A stretch of 64,000 nucleotides of DNA from Bacteroidia bacterium. GTDB taxonomy: Bacteria > Bacteroidota > Bacteroidia > NS11-12g > UBA9320. The stretch's first letter is position 1. Every line of letters starts with the position of its first letter. The notes below the pieces were generated by a model. That model was not told the origin of the DNA, searched no databases, and saw nothing but the letters and a program-made list of their open reading frames with translations. The stretch is from the NCBI GenBank assembly GCA_965216465.1, contig CBDCFW010000005.1, positions 192,001 to 256,000 of the forward strand, read 5' to 3'. The position numbers and the translations under genes were made by a program. This document shows positions 32,858-42,335 of this stretch, one piece after another.

Positions 32858-34227
32858 GATTTCAGATAGGCTATAGCTTCATCAAAGGAGTATGTACTTT
32901 GCTCTCCTATTTCTAAGTTTTTTATAGTTATTTGACCCGATTTCATTTCCTGCTCACCGATCACAATTGCATTTTTTATCCCCTTCTTATTGGCGAAATC
33001 AAATTGCTTGTAAATCTTCTTCTTATCTGGATAAACGATACAACTAACACCTTCTGCACGAAGCTGTTGAGCCAATTTCATTCCATAAACTTGGGTTGAT
33101 TTATCAAAGTGGCAGATCAATACATTTTCATTCGACTGAAGATTATCTGGCCATTTATTTTGACCTTCAAGAATTTCAAAGATTCGATCTATGCCAAAAG
33201 ATATCCCAACTCCTGAAACATCTTTTAAACCAAACACTCCTGTAAGATCATCGTATCGTCCACCGCCAGAAATTGAGCCTATTCCACTGTTAGGCACAAT
33301 TGCTTCAAAAATGCAGCCCGTGTAATAATCAAGGCCACGAGCCAAGCTTAAGTCAAGTTCTACTCGAATAGTTAGACTACTGTTTTTAAGGTAAGAAAGA
33401 ATATCCGCTAAATCATCTATGGCTTTTTGTGCAATTGCATTATTGTTAAATGCTGCACCAAATTTCTCGAGATTTGCTTTATTCAATTCCGCGTTTGAAA
33501 TGATTGAAAACAATTTCTTGCATTTTTCTTCGCTCACACCGTAGCCGGCTAGTTCTTTAAGTACCCCTTCTTCTCCGATCTTATCTAATTTATCAAGAGT
33601 TGAGGTAAAACGTGCCACTGGAAAATCCAATTGAAGCTCATCTACCAAAGCTTCTAAAAATTTACGGTGGTTTACTTTCAATACCGCATCGGGTAACCCA
33701 ACCGCTTGAAATGCTTCATCATAGATTAAGATTAAATCTGCCTCATGGATTAACGAATTTGACCCGATACAATCTGCGTCACATTGGGTGAATTCTCTAA
33801 ATCGTCCTTTCTGTGGCCGATCTGCCCTCCACACATTTTGGATTTGATATCGTCTAAACGGAAAGCTTACCTCATTTCTGTGTTGAACTACATAACGAGC
33901 AAATGGAACAGTTAAATCATATCGCAAACCAAGTTTCGACTTTCCTGGTATCCATCTTTCGGGAAGGATGTTTTCCAGTTTTTCACCGATATCAGCCGGA
34001 AGCTCTTGCTTAATTTCTTTATTGCTACGAATCTTGTATAGCAATTTATCGCCTTCATCACCGTACTTACCTGTAAGCATATCAAGGTTTTCAAGAGCAG
34101 GTGTCTCCAATGGCTCAAATCCGAACTTATGAAAGATTGATTTTATCGAATTGAGGAGGTAATTCCTCTTCCTCATTACTTCTGGACCAAAATCTCTAGT
34201 ACCTTGTGGATTAGACGGTTTTTGCAT
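32854..34227 (-). CDS. hisS: Histidine--tRNA ligase
   Basis: 457 aa; PQGTRDF, LRYDLTVPFAR, WRADRPQKGRFREF, RGLDYYTG, GGGRYD; TACATTTG promoter at 34233-34240. Confidence 0.97.
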   Translation of the reverse strand: MQKPSNPQGTRDFGPEVMRKRNYLLNSIKSIFHKFGFEPLETPALENLDMLTGKYGDEGDKLLYKIRSNKEIKQELPADIGEKLENILPERWIPGKSKLGLRYDLTVPFARYVVQHRNEVSFPFRRYQIQNVWRADRPQKGRFREFTQCDADCIGSNSLIHEADLILIYDEAFQAVGLPDAVLKVNHRKFLEALVDELQLDFPVARFTSTLDKLDKIGEEGVLKELAGYGVSEEKCKKLFSIISNAELNKANLEKFGAAFNNNAIAQKAIDDLADILSYLKNSSLTIRVELDLSLARGLDYYTGCIFEAIVPNSGIGSISGGGRYDDLTGVFGLKDVSGVGISFGIDRIFEILEGQNKWPDNLQSNENVLICHFDKSTQVYGMKLAQQLRAEGVSCIVYPDKKKIYKQFDFANKKGIKNAIVIGEQEMKSGQITIKNLEIGEQSTYSFDEAIAYLKS

Positions 34228-34247
34228 TGCAGCAAATGTAACATCTC

Positions 34248-36110
34248 CTATTTAAAATTATTGCTAATTATACGATCATTAAAATCTTGGATATAGGCTT
34301 TGAGTTTTGCATCCATTTCTGCTCTTTTTTGAAGCAGCGAATCTGATAAATCATCTTCATTTTCGGGGTCGATGATATTGTCATACATAGAATATTTATT
34401 AAACCGAATGGTTTCTAGGTTATACCTTGGCTCAATAATGTTATACACGTTACTCTCATAGTGAATAACATGCGATTGAGCAGTATCCAGCAAAGACACG
34501 CCAAGTGCAAATAATGTATCTTGATACCCAGCCATATGAGCCACAGTTGGATATAGATCCAGGTGTTGAACCGGTTTTTCAACTTTTTGAGGAGTAAAAT
34601 ATTTTGGGCTGTAAACCAAAAGAGGAATTTTATACTTGCCGGTATACGTTCTAAATTGGTCAGACTGATTTATCGAACTGTGGTCTGCCGTTATGATAAA
34701 AATCGTATTCTCAAACCATGGCTTGGTCTTGCACGTTTTTAAGAACTCGTTGAACGCTATATCTGCATAGCGAATCGATTTATGAATAGGGATACTTCCT
34801 TCTTCTAAATAATTATAAGCGGCAGGTACTTTGTATGGATGATGACTGCTTAGGGTAAAAACGCCACTAATCCAAGGTTGCTTTTGCTGATCAAGTTGTG
34901 TTACAGTGTAGTTTAAGAAGGGGCCGTCAAAAATACCCCAAGTACCATCAAAGTCAATGTCCTTAGGATAATCCTGCTTAGCGTAATAAGCATCAATTCC
35001 TTCCGCTTTAAGAAAGGCCTTAAAGCCCATTGATTGTTCATCTGCAGCGTGAAAAAAACTGCTGCTATAACCTAAGGGTTTTAATAATTCGAAAATGGAA
35101 GCCACTTCATTACTGGTGTAAAGCGAACCAATAAACGACTGATCCATTAGGCATGGTACTCCTGCAAATACAGAGGCAACTGCATCCATTGAACGCAGAC
35201 CATTAGCGTATGCATTTTCAAAAGAAATGGCGTGTTCTCGTAACGAATCAAGAAATGGGGTATAGCTTGGCCCTACTCCTTGGTTTAATCCGGTATATTC
35301 TTTCCCAAAACTCTCAAGCAAAACAATACAAATATTTGGTTTATTGATGCTATCTTGTTGGTATTGCTTATAGTGTTGTTGTGTCCATTCAGCAAGTTCT
35401 TCATCTGAAACAAAGTCCCAATCTGTTAGTTGATCTTTTCCATAGGATTCTAATAGGAAATACGTCGGTGACATTGCAGTTTTTGCCATTGCCGCTGGTA
35501 AGTCTTCGTAGGCATTCATGGCATTTAGCGGTTTGAGCGTAAAACTACCTCGTGCCGCAGCAACCAAGGCTACTAGACCAAAAATCACAATTAAAATCGA
35601 CTGTTTTCTTGAAAAGCCTTTGGTCAGTGCATTAAAACACCACAAGGCTCCGTAGGCCGTTGCAAGTATCACCAAAACAGCCCACCAATACTCTGCGATA
35701 TAGTTCCAAATAATACTAGATTCTTGTCCACCAATCATCGTAAAGAGTTCAAGTCCAGCTATGTTCTTACTAATTGGGAAGTAAAAAACATTAATAAAGT
35801 TAAAAACTAGTGAACCGATAAACAGAAGCACAAATGCTACTTGTGATATCTTTTTCAATAACTTGCTTTTGAGAAAAACATTTACTCCGAGCAGTACAAA
35901 TACAAGGCTAAACCAAATAGCAATGGTTTTGAAGTCAAATCGAAGCGAAGTGACTATGTAAGCTGACCATTTGTTAGCAGTTACGGCTAAATCTTTGTAC
36001 ATTGAAATCAGCATAATTCTGCTAATCCATAGCGGACTTGCAAGTAGAAGGATGAAGCCTAGTATTTTTATTAGATTTTTTATCAAACTATTTGCTTGAA
36101 TTGAATGCAA
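34248..36110 (-). CDS. LTA synthase family membrane sulfatase/phosphoglycerol transferase
   Basis: Five N-terminal TM segments, NICIVLLESF, TPFLDSL, TLSSHHPY, ITADH, QHLDLYPT. Start uncertain (TTG 36110 or 36086). Confidence 0.85.
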   Translation of the reverse strand: MHSIQANSLIKNLIKILGFILLLASPLWISRIMLISMYKDLAVTANKWSAYIVTSLRFDFKTIAIWFSLVFVLLGVNVFLKSKLLKKISQVAFVLLFIGSLVFNFINVFYFPISKNIAGLELFTMIGGQESSIIWNYIAEYWWAVLVILATAYGALWCFNALTKGFSRKQSILIVIFGLVALVAAARGSFTLKPLNAMNAYEDLPAAMAKTAMSPTYFLLESYGKDQLTDWDFVSDEELAEWTQQHYKQYQQDSINKPNICIVLLESFGKEYTGLNQGVGPSYTPFLDSLREHAISFENAYANGLRSMDAVASVFAGVPCLMDQSFIGSLYTSNEVASIFELLKPLGYSSSFFHAADEQSMGFKAFLKAEGIDAYYAKQDYPKDIDFDGTWGIFDGPFLNYTVTQLDQQKQPWISGVFTLSSHHPYKVPAAYNYLEEGSIPIHKSIRYADIAFNEFLKTCKTKPWFENTIFIITADHSSINQSDQFRTYTGKYKIPLLVYSPKYFTPQKVEKPVQHLDLYPTVAHMAGYQDTLFALGVSLLDTAQSHVIHYESNVYNIIEPRYNLETIRFNKYSMYDNIIDPENEDDLSDSLLQKRAEMDAKLKAYIQDFNDRIISNNFK

Positions 36111-36117
36111 AAATTAC

Positions 36118-36125
36118 TAATTTTG
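36118..36125 (+). promoter_or_regulatory. -7 promoter element (TAATTTTG) of rpmE
   Basis: Exact TAnnTTTG followed by CA, about 80 nt upstream of the ATG. Confidence 0.65.
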
Positions 36126-36206
36126 CAGTCCTTTAAAAGAAAAAGCTAATATTAGTTTTGTATAAGACAGTATTAGTAGGATTAGAACTTATAGAAATAA
36201 AGAGAA

Positions 36207-36458
36207 ATGAAAAAGCAAATTCATCCAGATAATTATAGACTAGTTGTTTTTAAAGACATGTCTAACGGTTACCAGTTTTTAACCAAGTCTTGTGTAGAAA
36301 CAAAAGAAACTACCACGTTTGAAGATGGTAACGAATATCCTATTTACAAGTTAGAGATCTCAAGTGCTTCTCACCCTTTCTATACTGGAAAAATGCAATT
36401 CGTTGATACTGCCGGAAGAATCGACAAATTCAACAAAAGATACGCAAAAAAGAAATAA
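36207..36458 (+). CDS. rpmE: 50S ribosomal protein bL31 (type B)
   Basis: 83 aa; [28 protein letters not shown]; no CxC/CxxC zinc motifs. Confidence 0.96.
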   Translation: MKKQIHPDNYRLVVFKDMSNGYQFLTKSCVETKETTTFEDGNEYPIYKLEISSASHPFYTGKMQFVDTAGRIDKFNKRYAKKK

Positions 36459-36477
36459 CATCTTACCGATAAATAAT

Positions 36478-36509
36478 AAAGGCTCTCTATATTTGGAGAG
36501 CCTTTTTTT
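36478..36509 (+). terminator. Intrinsic terminator after rpmE
   Basis: AAAGGCTCTC/GAGAGCCTTT stem followed by T7. Confidence 0.85.
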
Positions 36510-37709
36510 ATGAATATTATTTTATTCGACGACGAGCAAAGATTCAACCTACTGCCTCTTTCCTATACGCGCCCTTGTGGTGATTTAAGACTGGGAATTT
36601 TAACCCTAGGCGAGAAATGGAGTATGTTTGATTCTGATAATCAGGTTTCGTTTCTGTCAGCTGATTATTTAGCTACCAAATTCCCAACTCAATACAGCGA
36701 AGCTAATTTTTTTATTAACGGACGATTATTAGCTGAATCTGAAATATTTGATGCGATTAAAGCATTACAGGCTAATCAAGCACTTATTAATAACGGAACT
36801 GTTCTAGCGGTTCACTCTGCTGCTCAGCTAAAGATTGATTTTAATATTGATGAATTTGAGTCAATAGAATATTCAGGCGAGGTTGTTATGGTAAATAATC
36901 CAAGCGATATGTTTACACTTAACGATCAAGAGCTTCGTAACGACTTTGAACGCCTTACAGCAGGAAGAGAATCTCAAAAACTATCTGATACCAACACAGT
37001 AATTGGTGACAATATCTTCGTAGAAGAAGGGGTTAGCGTTGAAGCAGCCACTATAAACACCACTACAGGACCTGTATATATTGGAAAAGATGCACTCATT
37101 ATGGAAGGCTCTTTGATTCGAGGACCGTTTGCGGCATGCGACCATTCTGTAATTAAAATGGGTGCCAAAATTTATGGTGCTACAACGGTTGGGCCTCATT
37201 GTAAGGTAGGTGGCGAAATGAGTAATGTGATGTTTCAAGCCCATAGCAATAAAGGCCACGATGGATTTTTAGGCAATTCGGTTATTGGCGAATGGTGTAA
37301 TTTAGGTGCAGATACAAATAGCTCTAATCTTAAAAATAATTATGCTCCTGTAAAGCTATGGAACTACACAGCAAAGCGTTTTTTGAATACAGGGCTTCAA
37401 TTTTGTGGACTTATCATGGGTGATCATAGCAAGTGTGGAATCAATACGATGTTTAATACCGGAACTGTTGTTGGAGTAAGTGCTAACATTTTTGGAGCAG
37501 GCTTTCCGCGAAACTTTATTCCATCGTTTACGTGGGGTGGATCATCAGGTTTTTCTACCTACACCATTGGCAAGTCTTTTGAAACCGCGTCAAAAGTTAT
37601 GGCACGTAGAAATCAAGAACTTACAGAAGTTGAAAAAGACATTTTAAAGCATATTTTTGAAGCCTCTTCCGAACACCGATTTTGGGAGAACAAACCGTTA
37701 AAAGCATGA
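36510..37709 (+). CDS. GlmU-like putative sugar nucleotidyl/acetyltransferase (Bacteroidota type)
   Basis: 399 aa; LLPLSYTRP..LRLGILT, hexapeptide repeats, HDGFLGNSVIGEWCNLGA, INTMFNTGTVVG. Confidence 0.85.
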   Translation: MNIILFDDEQRFNLLPLSYTRPCGDLRLGILTLGEKWSMFDSDNQVSFLSADYLATKFPTQYSEANFFINGRLLAESEIFDAIKALQANQALINNGTVLAVHSAAQLKIDFNIDEFESIEYSGEVVMVNNPSDMFTLNDQELRNDFERLTAGRESQKLSDTNTVIGDNIFVEEGVSVEAATINTTTGPVYIGKDALIMEGSLIRGPFAACDHSVIKMGAKIYGATTVGPHCKVGGEMSNVMFQAHSNKGHDGFLGNSVIGEWCNLGADTNSSNLKNNYAPVKLWNYTAKRFLNTGLQFCGLIMGDHSKCGINTMFNTGTVVGVSANIFGAGFPRNFIPSFTWGGSSGFSTYTIGKSFETASKVMARRNQELTEVEKDILKHIFEASSEHRFWENKPLKA

Positions 37710-38455
37710 GACAAAAAATTGTAGCAGGAAATTGGAAGATGAATCTGGACCTGGATGAGGGGAAGGAACTGTTAATTAACATTCTAGACAGTGAATTGAG
37801 TGATCAGGTGCAAACCATTATAATTCCTCCGTACATTCACCTAAGCAACTTCAAGCAAATGCTTTCTCATACTAAGCTTGCATTAGGTGCTCAAAATTGC
37901 CATCAGCAAGACTCTGGTGCCTTTACAGGCGAAGTTTCTGTTCAGATGTTGAAGAGTGTTGGGGTCGAATATGTAATTCTAGGGCACAGCGAGCGAAGAG
38001 AGTATTTTGCTGAAGATAGTTTATCGCTTTCTTTTAAAGTGAACAACGTTATCAAGCACGGTTTAAGACCTATTTATTGCTGTGGAGAATCATTAATTCA
38101 ACGTCAAGAAGGTGAGCATTTTGAGATTATTCGTTCGCAAATTAAAAACGGACTATTTCAATTAAATGAAATGGAACTTTTGAATTGTGTTGTCGCTTAT
38201 GAACCTATTTGGGCAATTGGCACTGGTGAGACTGCCAGTCCTGCTCAAGCACAAGAGATGCATGCATTCATTCGAAAAATAATCGGTCAAGAGTATGGCG
38301 ATATGGTGGCACAAAACATCTCTATTCTGTATGGAGGAAGTGTTAAACCAAACAATGCAGTAGAGTTATTCAACTGCCCAGATATTGATGGCGGTTTGAT
38401 TGGTGGTGCCGCATTATCTGCAGAAAGCTTTGCTGCCATCTGCAATAGCTTCTAA
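37706..38455 (+). CDS. tpiA: Triosephosphate isomerase
   Basis: VAGNWKM, GAFTGE, GHSERR, AYEPIWAIGTG, YGGSV; ATG 37706 overlaps the upstream TGA (ATGA). Confidence 0.97.
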   Translation: MRQKIVAGNWKMNLDLDEGKELLINILDSELSDQVQTIIIPPYIHLSNFKQMLSHTKLALGAQNCHQQDSGAFTGEVSVQMLKSVGVEYVILGHSERREYFAEDSLSLSFKVNNVIKHGLRPIYCCGESLIQRQEGEHFEIIRSQIKNGLFQLNEMELLNCVVAYEPIWAIGTGETASPAQAQEMHAFIRKIIGQEYGDMVAQNISILYGGSVKPNNAVELFNCPDIDGGLIGGAALSAESFAAICNSF

Positions 38456-38461
38456 GTTAGC

Positions 38462-39040
38462 TTAAAACAAGAATCCTATATTTAAGGCTAAACGATCTAA
38501 GGTCGTGAAAGTAAATCGTGTGTCTTTGTCTACAAAGTCTCCTTCAGCTGTGTATTCTTGAAGGTTTACATTTATATTAGCTTGTGACTCTAAAGAAACT
38601 CTGATATTTCTAAATGGCTTGTAAGCGATGCCTACAATCGGTCGTGCCCCAAAATCCCAAAAATATCCATAATAGGTTTGCCCATCTTCTTGGTAAAATT
38701 TAGAATTCCAATAGCCATCCATGGCAACATATGCATTCACTTCATCAAGATCTGCAATAAACAGGTCTTTCTGTAGTCCTGCCGCTAATGTATAAGCAAC
38801 AGTACCCTGGTGATAGACTACGGTATCTGTTCTTACCTCTTTGTCGGTATCTGCATAGAAGCTTGCACCTAGCCTAAGGTGTTTATTGTTTTTTATAGAT
38901 CTTCTATACAGCAGGCTGTAATCGGTAGACTTATTAAATTTAAGCGGAGCAATAGTCAGCGCTAATTCATTTGGTCTAGTTTGCCCGAATGATGCAGCTG
39001 CAAAGGAGAACAATAGAATGATTAATGAAAGTTTCTTCAT
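38462..39040 (-). CDS. Hypothetical outer-membrane beta-barrel protein
   Basis: 192 aa; signal peptide, amphipathic beta-strands, terminal Phe (LNIGFLF). Confidence 0.7.
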   Translation of the reverse strand: MKKLSLIILLFSFAAASFGQTRPNELALTIAPLKFNKSTDYSLLYRRSIKNNKHLRLGASFYADTDKEVRTDTVVYHQGTVAYTLAAGLQKDLFIADLDEVNAYVAMDGYWNSKFYQEDGQTYYGYFWDFGARPIVGIAYKPFRNIRVSLESQANINVNLQEYTAEGDFVDKDTRFTFTTLDRLALNIGFLF

Positions 39041-39060
39041 ATGTCTTACAATTATAAAAC

Positions 39061-39092
39061 AAAAAAGGCTTCGATTTTCATCGAAGCCTTTT
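39061..39092 (-). terminator. Intrinsic terminator after the OmpA-like gene
   Basis: AAAAGGCTTCGAT/ATCGAAGCCTTTT perfect stem with a flanking A-run. Confidence 0.85.
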
Positions 39093-39121
39093 GTATTATA
39101 TATGAGTTGCCTCTCGTATAT

Positions 39122-40663
39122 TTATTTCTCAGATTGAGTAAGGTCAATTCTTCTAGTGCTGTATTCAACACCTGACCCTGTAGAGTAATCAGTAGTTACT
39201 CTGCTTCTTTCAATTCCGTAGTTAGCTTCTAAGTGATCAACAATTGCGTTAACACGTTTCCATGCTAATTGCTCACCGCTTTTGCTTCGCGTATATCCTG
39301 TAGCAGTAATTGCTAAACCTGGACATTGCTTCATTTTTTCAGCGATGCTGTAAAGAACACCATAAGATGCTGGGTTGATTTTTGAGCTACCGTTATCGAA
39401 GATGATAGTTGGTAATGAAACATTTTCACAATCGCAACATGCGTTCACATCAACTGCTTCACCTTTAACGTTAACCAAAGCACCTTCAGCACTGTTTGGC
39501 TCAATATCGATACAGTTTGGTACACCGTCACCGTCAGAGTCAATAGCAACACCATTCTCATCTACGTCGTCGCAGATAGAAACTAGCTCAAGGTCTTTAC
39601 AGTCAACAACACCGTCGTTATCTGTATCGATCGCTCGACCGTTACCATATACTCTATCACAATCAGTACTATCTTCAGCATCAAAGAAGTCAGATACACC
39701 ATCACCATCAGCATCTCCCAAAAGGATAGCCATTTTCTTTTCAAGTGTATCAACCATTTGCATTCTTTCGTAAACAGTCTCCATTGGATTTAACCAATCG
39801 TAGTGAGCTTCTTGTCCTTTCTTACCAAGCTTTACTGAAGCTTGAACACCAAGAAGAGAGTAGAAGTCAGCATATCTGTTTCTCCAAATTGGAAAAGAGA
39901 ATGCATCTAAGTTATCAGTTCTTGTCCAGTGAGATCTCCACTCAAGACCAATGTCTAACCACTCACCAAAGTTTCTTTTAACACCCATTCCAAAAGGAAT
40001 AGTAAGGTTACGACCTTTGTAGTAAGTTTCAGCAGTAACTACATCGTCTTTGTTGTCAACTACATTTCTGTTAGCATCTAAACCAAGAACATACTCACTA
40101 CCCCAGTCTTCAAATGCATTTTGAGCATCAACACCAGTGAACTCACCTGTAGCATCACTCCAAATAGTACCCACACCAAACATGGTGTACATTTGTAACT
40201 TTCTAAGTGGTCTTAAGAATGAGATGTTTCCTAAGGTGTAAACTGCAGTTAAGTTTAAGTCTTTAAAGTTGTTTGTAACTGTGAATTCTTCATCAGTTGG
40301 AGCTTGGTTACCACCGTTGAAACGCTCACCATCTTGGTGTTGTGTTACAACGTCAGCTCCCCAACGTCCTTTGTTTCTGTTTCCACTGAATTGGTGATCT
40401 TGACGTCCACCTTTTAAGTTCCCGATATCACCGCTTAATTTTAAGCCGAATGATTGAGAAACTGAGTACTTTACGTGCAAACCTCCTGAGATTCCCACCA
40501 TTGCATCGTCCGCGTCACCGTTTAAGTGAGTTGGGCTAATTTGTAAACCTACAGACCATTTTTTAGACGGCCTAAATTTCGAAAAATACCCTCCTACCTG
40601 TGCTTCTGAAGTTAGATAACCAAAAGTAGTAAGAAGTACTAGAATTAATTTCAAATTTTTCAT
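39122..40663 (-). CDS. OmpA-family outer-membrane protein (beta-barrel + TSP3 Ca-binding repeats + OmpA-like C domain)
   Basis: 513 aa; signal peptide, N-terminal barrel, DADGDGVSD/DTDNDGVVD/DSDGDGVPN repeats, LPTIIFD..S.KI; TATTTTTG promoter at 40717-40724. Confidence 0.85.
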   Translation of the reverse strand: MKNLKLILVLLTTFGYLTSEAQVGGYFSKFRPSKKWSVGLQISPTHLNGDADDAMVGISGGLHVKYSVSQSFGLKLSGDIGNLKGGRQDHQFSGNRNKGRWGADVVTQHQDGERFNGGNQAPTDEEFTVTNNFKDLNLTAVYTLGNISFLRPLRKLQMYTMFGVGTIWSDATGEFTGVDAQNAFEDWGSEYVLGLDANRNVVDNKDDVVTAETYYKGRNLTIPFGMGVKRNFGEWLDIGLEWRSHWTRTDNLDAFSFPIWRNRYADFYSLLGVQASVKLGKKGQEAHYDWLNPMETVYERMQMVDTLEKKMAILLGDADGDGVSDFFDAEDSTDCDRVYGNGRAIDTDNDGVVDCKDLELVSICDDVDENGVAIDSDGDGVPNCIDIEPNSAEGALVNVKGEAVDVNACCDCENVSLPTIIFDNGSSKINPASYGVLYSIAEKMKQCPGLAITATGYTRSKSGEQLAWKRVNAIVDHLEANYGIERSRVTTDYSTGSGVEYSTRRIDLTQSEK

Positions 40664-40751
40664 AATTTTAATTTTAGCAACTCTGTTTTTAATCTTTTTA
40701 ATTAGTTGTATAGCTGCAAAAATAACCTAAATAAACTAAGTATCAAACGTT

Positions 40752-42335
40752 TTAGGTTATTATCAGGTTAATTAAATGCCCATTTTTGAGGCCAAAATGA
40801 CACAAAATATTAGGGCTAAATTGGCCTAAAATTCTCGCAAAGCCAATAATATGGTCATTCCTTTCCTGTATGTATTCGGGGTTGAAAAATGTAGTTTTGG
40901 TTTTGAACACCTTATCCAAAGCCTTTGAACCCAAATTATCTGTATTCATTCTAGTTTGAGCAATTTTTTTAATCTCCTCCAAACGCCCGTTGAGTTTAGC
41001 AAACTTAGAATCAAACGTAAATCCCTGAACATGAGAGTTTAACAACTCCCTATATTGCGTTAAACTTAAAAAAACTTCGCTCTCAGCCTCCGCTACTTGC
41101 TGCTGTATGGCCTCAAATTCATGACTATAGCGTGACATTAGCACTTCGTTGCTGTCAAACATCTCTTTTAAGCTTTCAATCTCTAATCCTCCTACTCGTT
41201 TTTCAGGAAGCACTATTGCACTGGTACGTAAAAACACCAACGGCATAGGCATGCTATAATTGTCAAAAATTCCTTTGAGTTGTAACCAGTATTTCACCTC
41301 ACTCCCTCCGCCAACATACACAATGTTAGGAAGCGTCCATTCTTGATAAAATGGTCTTAAAGCAGCATTGGGACTGAGGGCATGAGAATTTGCCGCTACA
41401 AAAGCTTCAATTTGATGCTCATCAGTAAGCTTTCTTTCATTCGCAAGTACCTCATTATCTGAAAGTTCAATCCGTGACCTTTTCCCTTCTTCTAAGTAAA
41501 ATAAATTACACTTACGAATAACCAACTGCTGTTTAATATTTTTAGAGATTAGTTCATCTGTACTTTGCTTTAATGCTTCAAAATTGTCACCTCGCAACTC
41601 ATCAACCAAAACAGGAGAAAATTGTTGCTTCAATCGTTGATCATCTGGTTCCAGTATAACCAAGCCCCATTGCTTCGTATATTGATGTAGAAGTTTTCTA
41701 AATGCCTGACTTAAATTTTGCTGTCTATAAGCATCTCGAGCTGCATCTACAAAATTTGCCATCTCAGCATCAAGATTGAATTTTTCTGATATGGTGTCGA
41801 AAATAGACTCAACTCCAGAGGTTGACATTCGCCCAACAGGCCCCGTTTGTTTGGTAGACCATGGTATGCGTTGCTTGAACAATTCTACATACTCTATTTC
41901 CTCTCGGTCATGGTCTTCGCTAGCCATCCAAAACACCGGAACAAAGTTGTACTCAGGATAAGCTTCTTTTAAATCAAGCGCACTTTGAACGGCATCTAAT
42001 ATTTTGTACCAAACATACAACGGACCAAGTCCAATATGAATTTGTTGTCCCGTCGTAACTGTAAAAGTCTTTTGATCAGCTAATAGCTTGATATTTTGAT
42101 GAACGGCATCTGATTTATTGAGTGAAATACCGTTAGATTTATACTGATCTAACAGCACTTGAACTAATGTATTTCTTTTCTCTTTTGGAAAATCAAGCTT
42201 TTGCTTAATGATCTCCTGTGCATTCTGAATAGATGGTTGAACGGTGACAAGATCGTTTAAACGACCATTCTTATAGTCTTCTAAGAAGGCATTACTAAAT
42301 AAGGTTACAGATCTATCTACTTGCTCTATTCTCAT
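40752..42335 (-). CDS. bshC: Bacillithiol biosynthesis cysteine-adding enzyme BshC
   Basis: 527 aa; VTTGQQ..GPLY..YK, VPVFWMASEDHD, SPNAALRP, YVGGGSEVKYW, QER. Confidence 0.9.
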   Translation of the reverse strand: MRIEQVDRSVTLFSNAFLEDYKNGRLNDLVTVQPSIQNAQEIIKQKLDFPKEKRNTLVQVLLDQYKSNGISLNKSDAVHQNIKLLADQKTFTVTTGQQIHIGLGPLYVWYKILDAVQSALDLKEAYPEYNFVPVFWMASEDHDREEIEYVELFKQRIPWSTKQTGPVGRMSTSGVESIFDTISEKFNLDAEMANFVDAARDAYRQQNLSQAFRKLLHQYTKQWGLVILEPDDQRLKQQFSPVLVDELRGDNFEALKQSTDELISKNIKQQLVIRKCNLFYLEEGKRSRIELSDNEVLANERKLTDEHQIEAFVAANSHALSPNAALRPFYQEWTLPNIVYVGGGSEVKYWLQLKGIFDNYSMPMPLVFLRTSAIVLPEKRVGGLEIESLKEMFDSNEVLMSRYSHEFEAIQQQVAEAESEVFLSLTQYRELLNSHVQGFTFDSKFAKLNGRLEEIKKIAQTRMNTDNLGSKALDKVFKTKTTFFNPEYIQERNDHIIGFARILGQFSPNILCHFGLKNGHLINLIIT

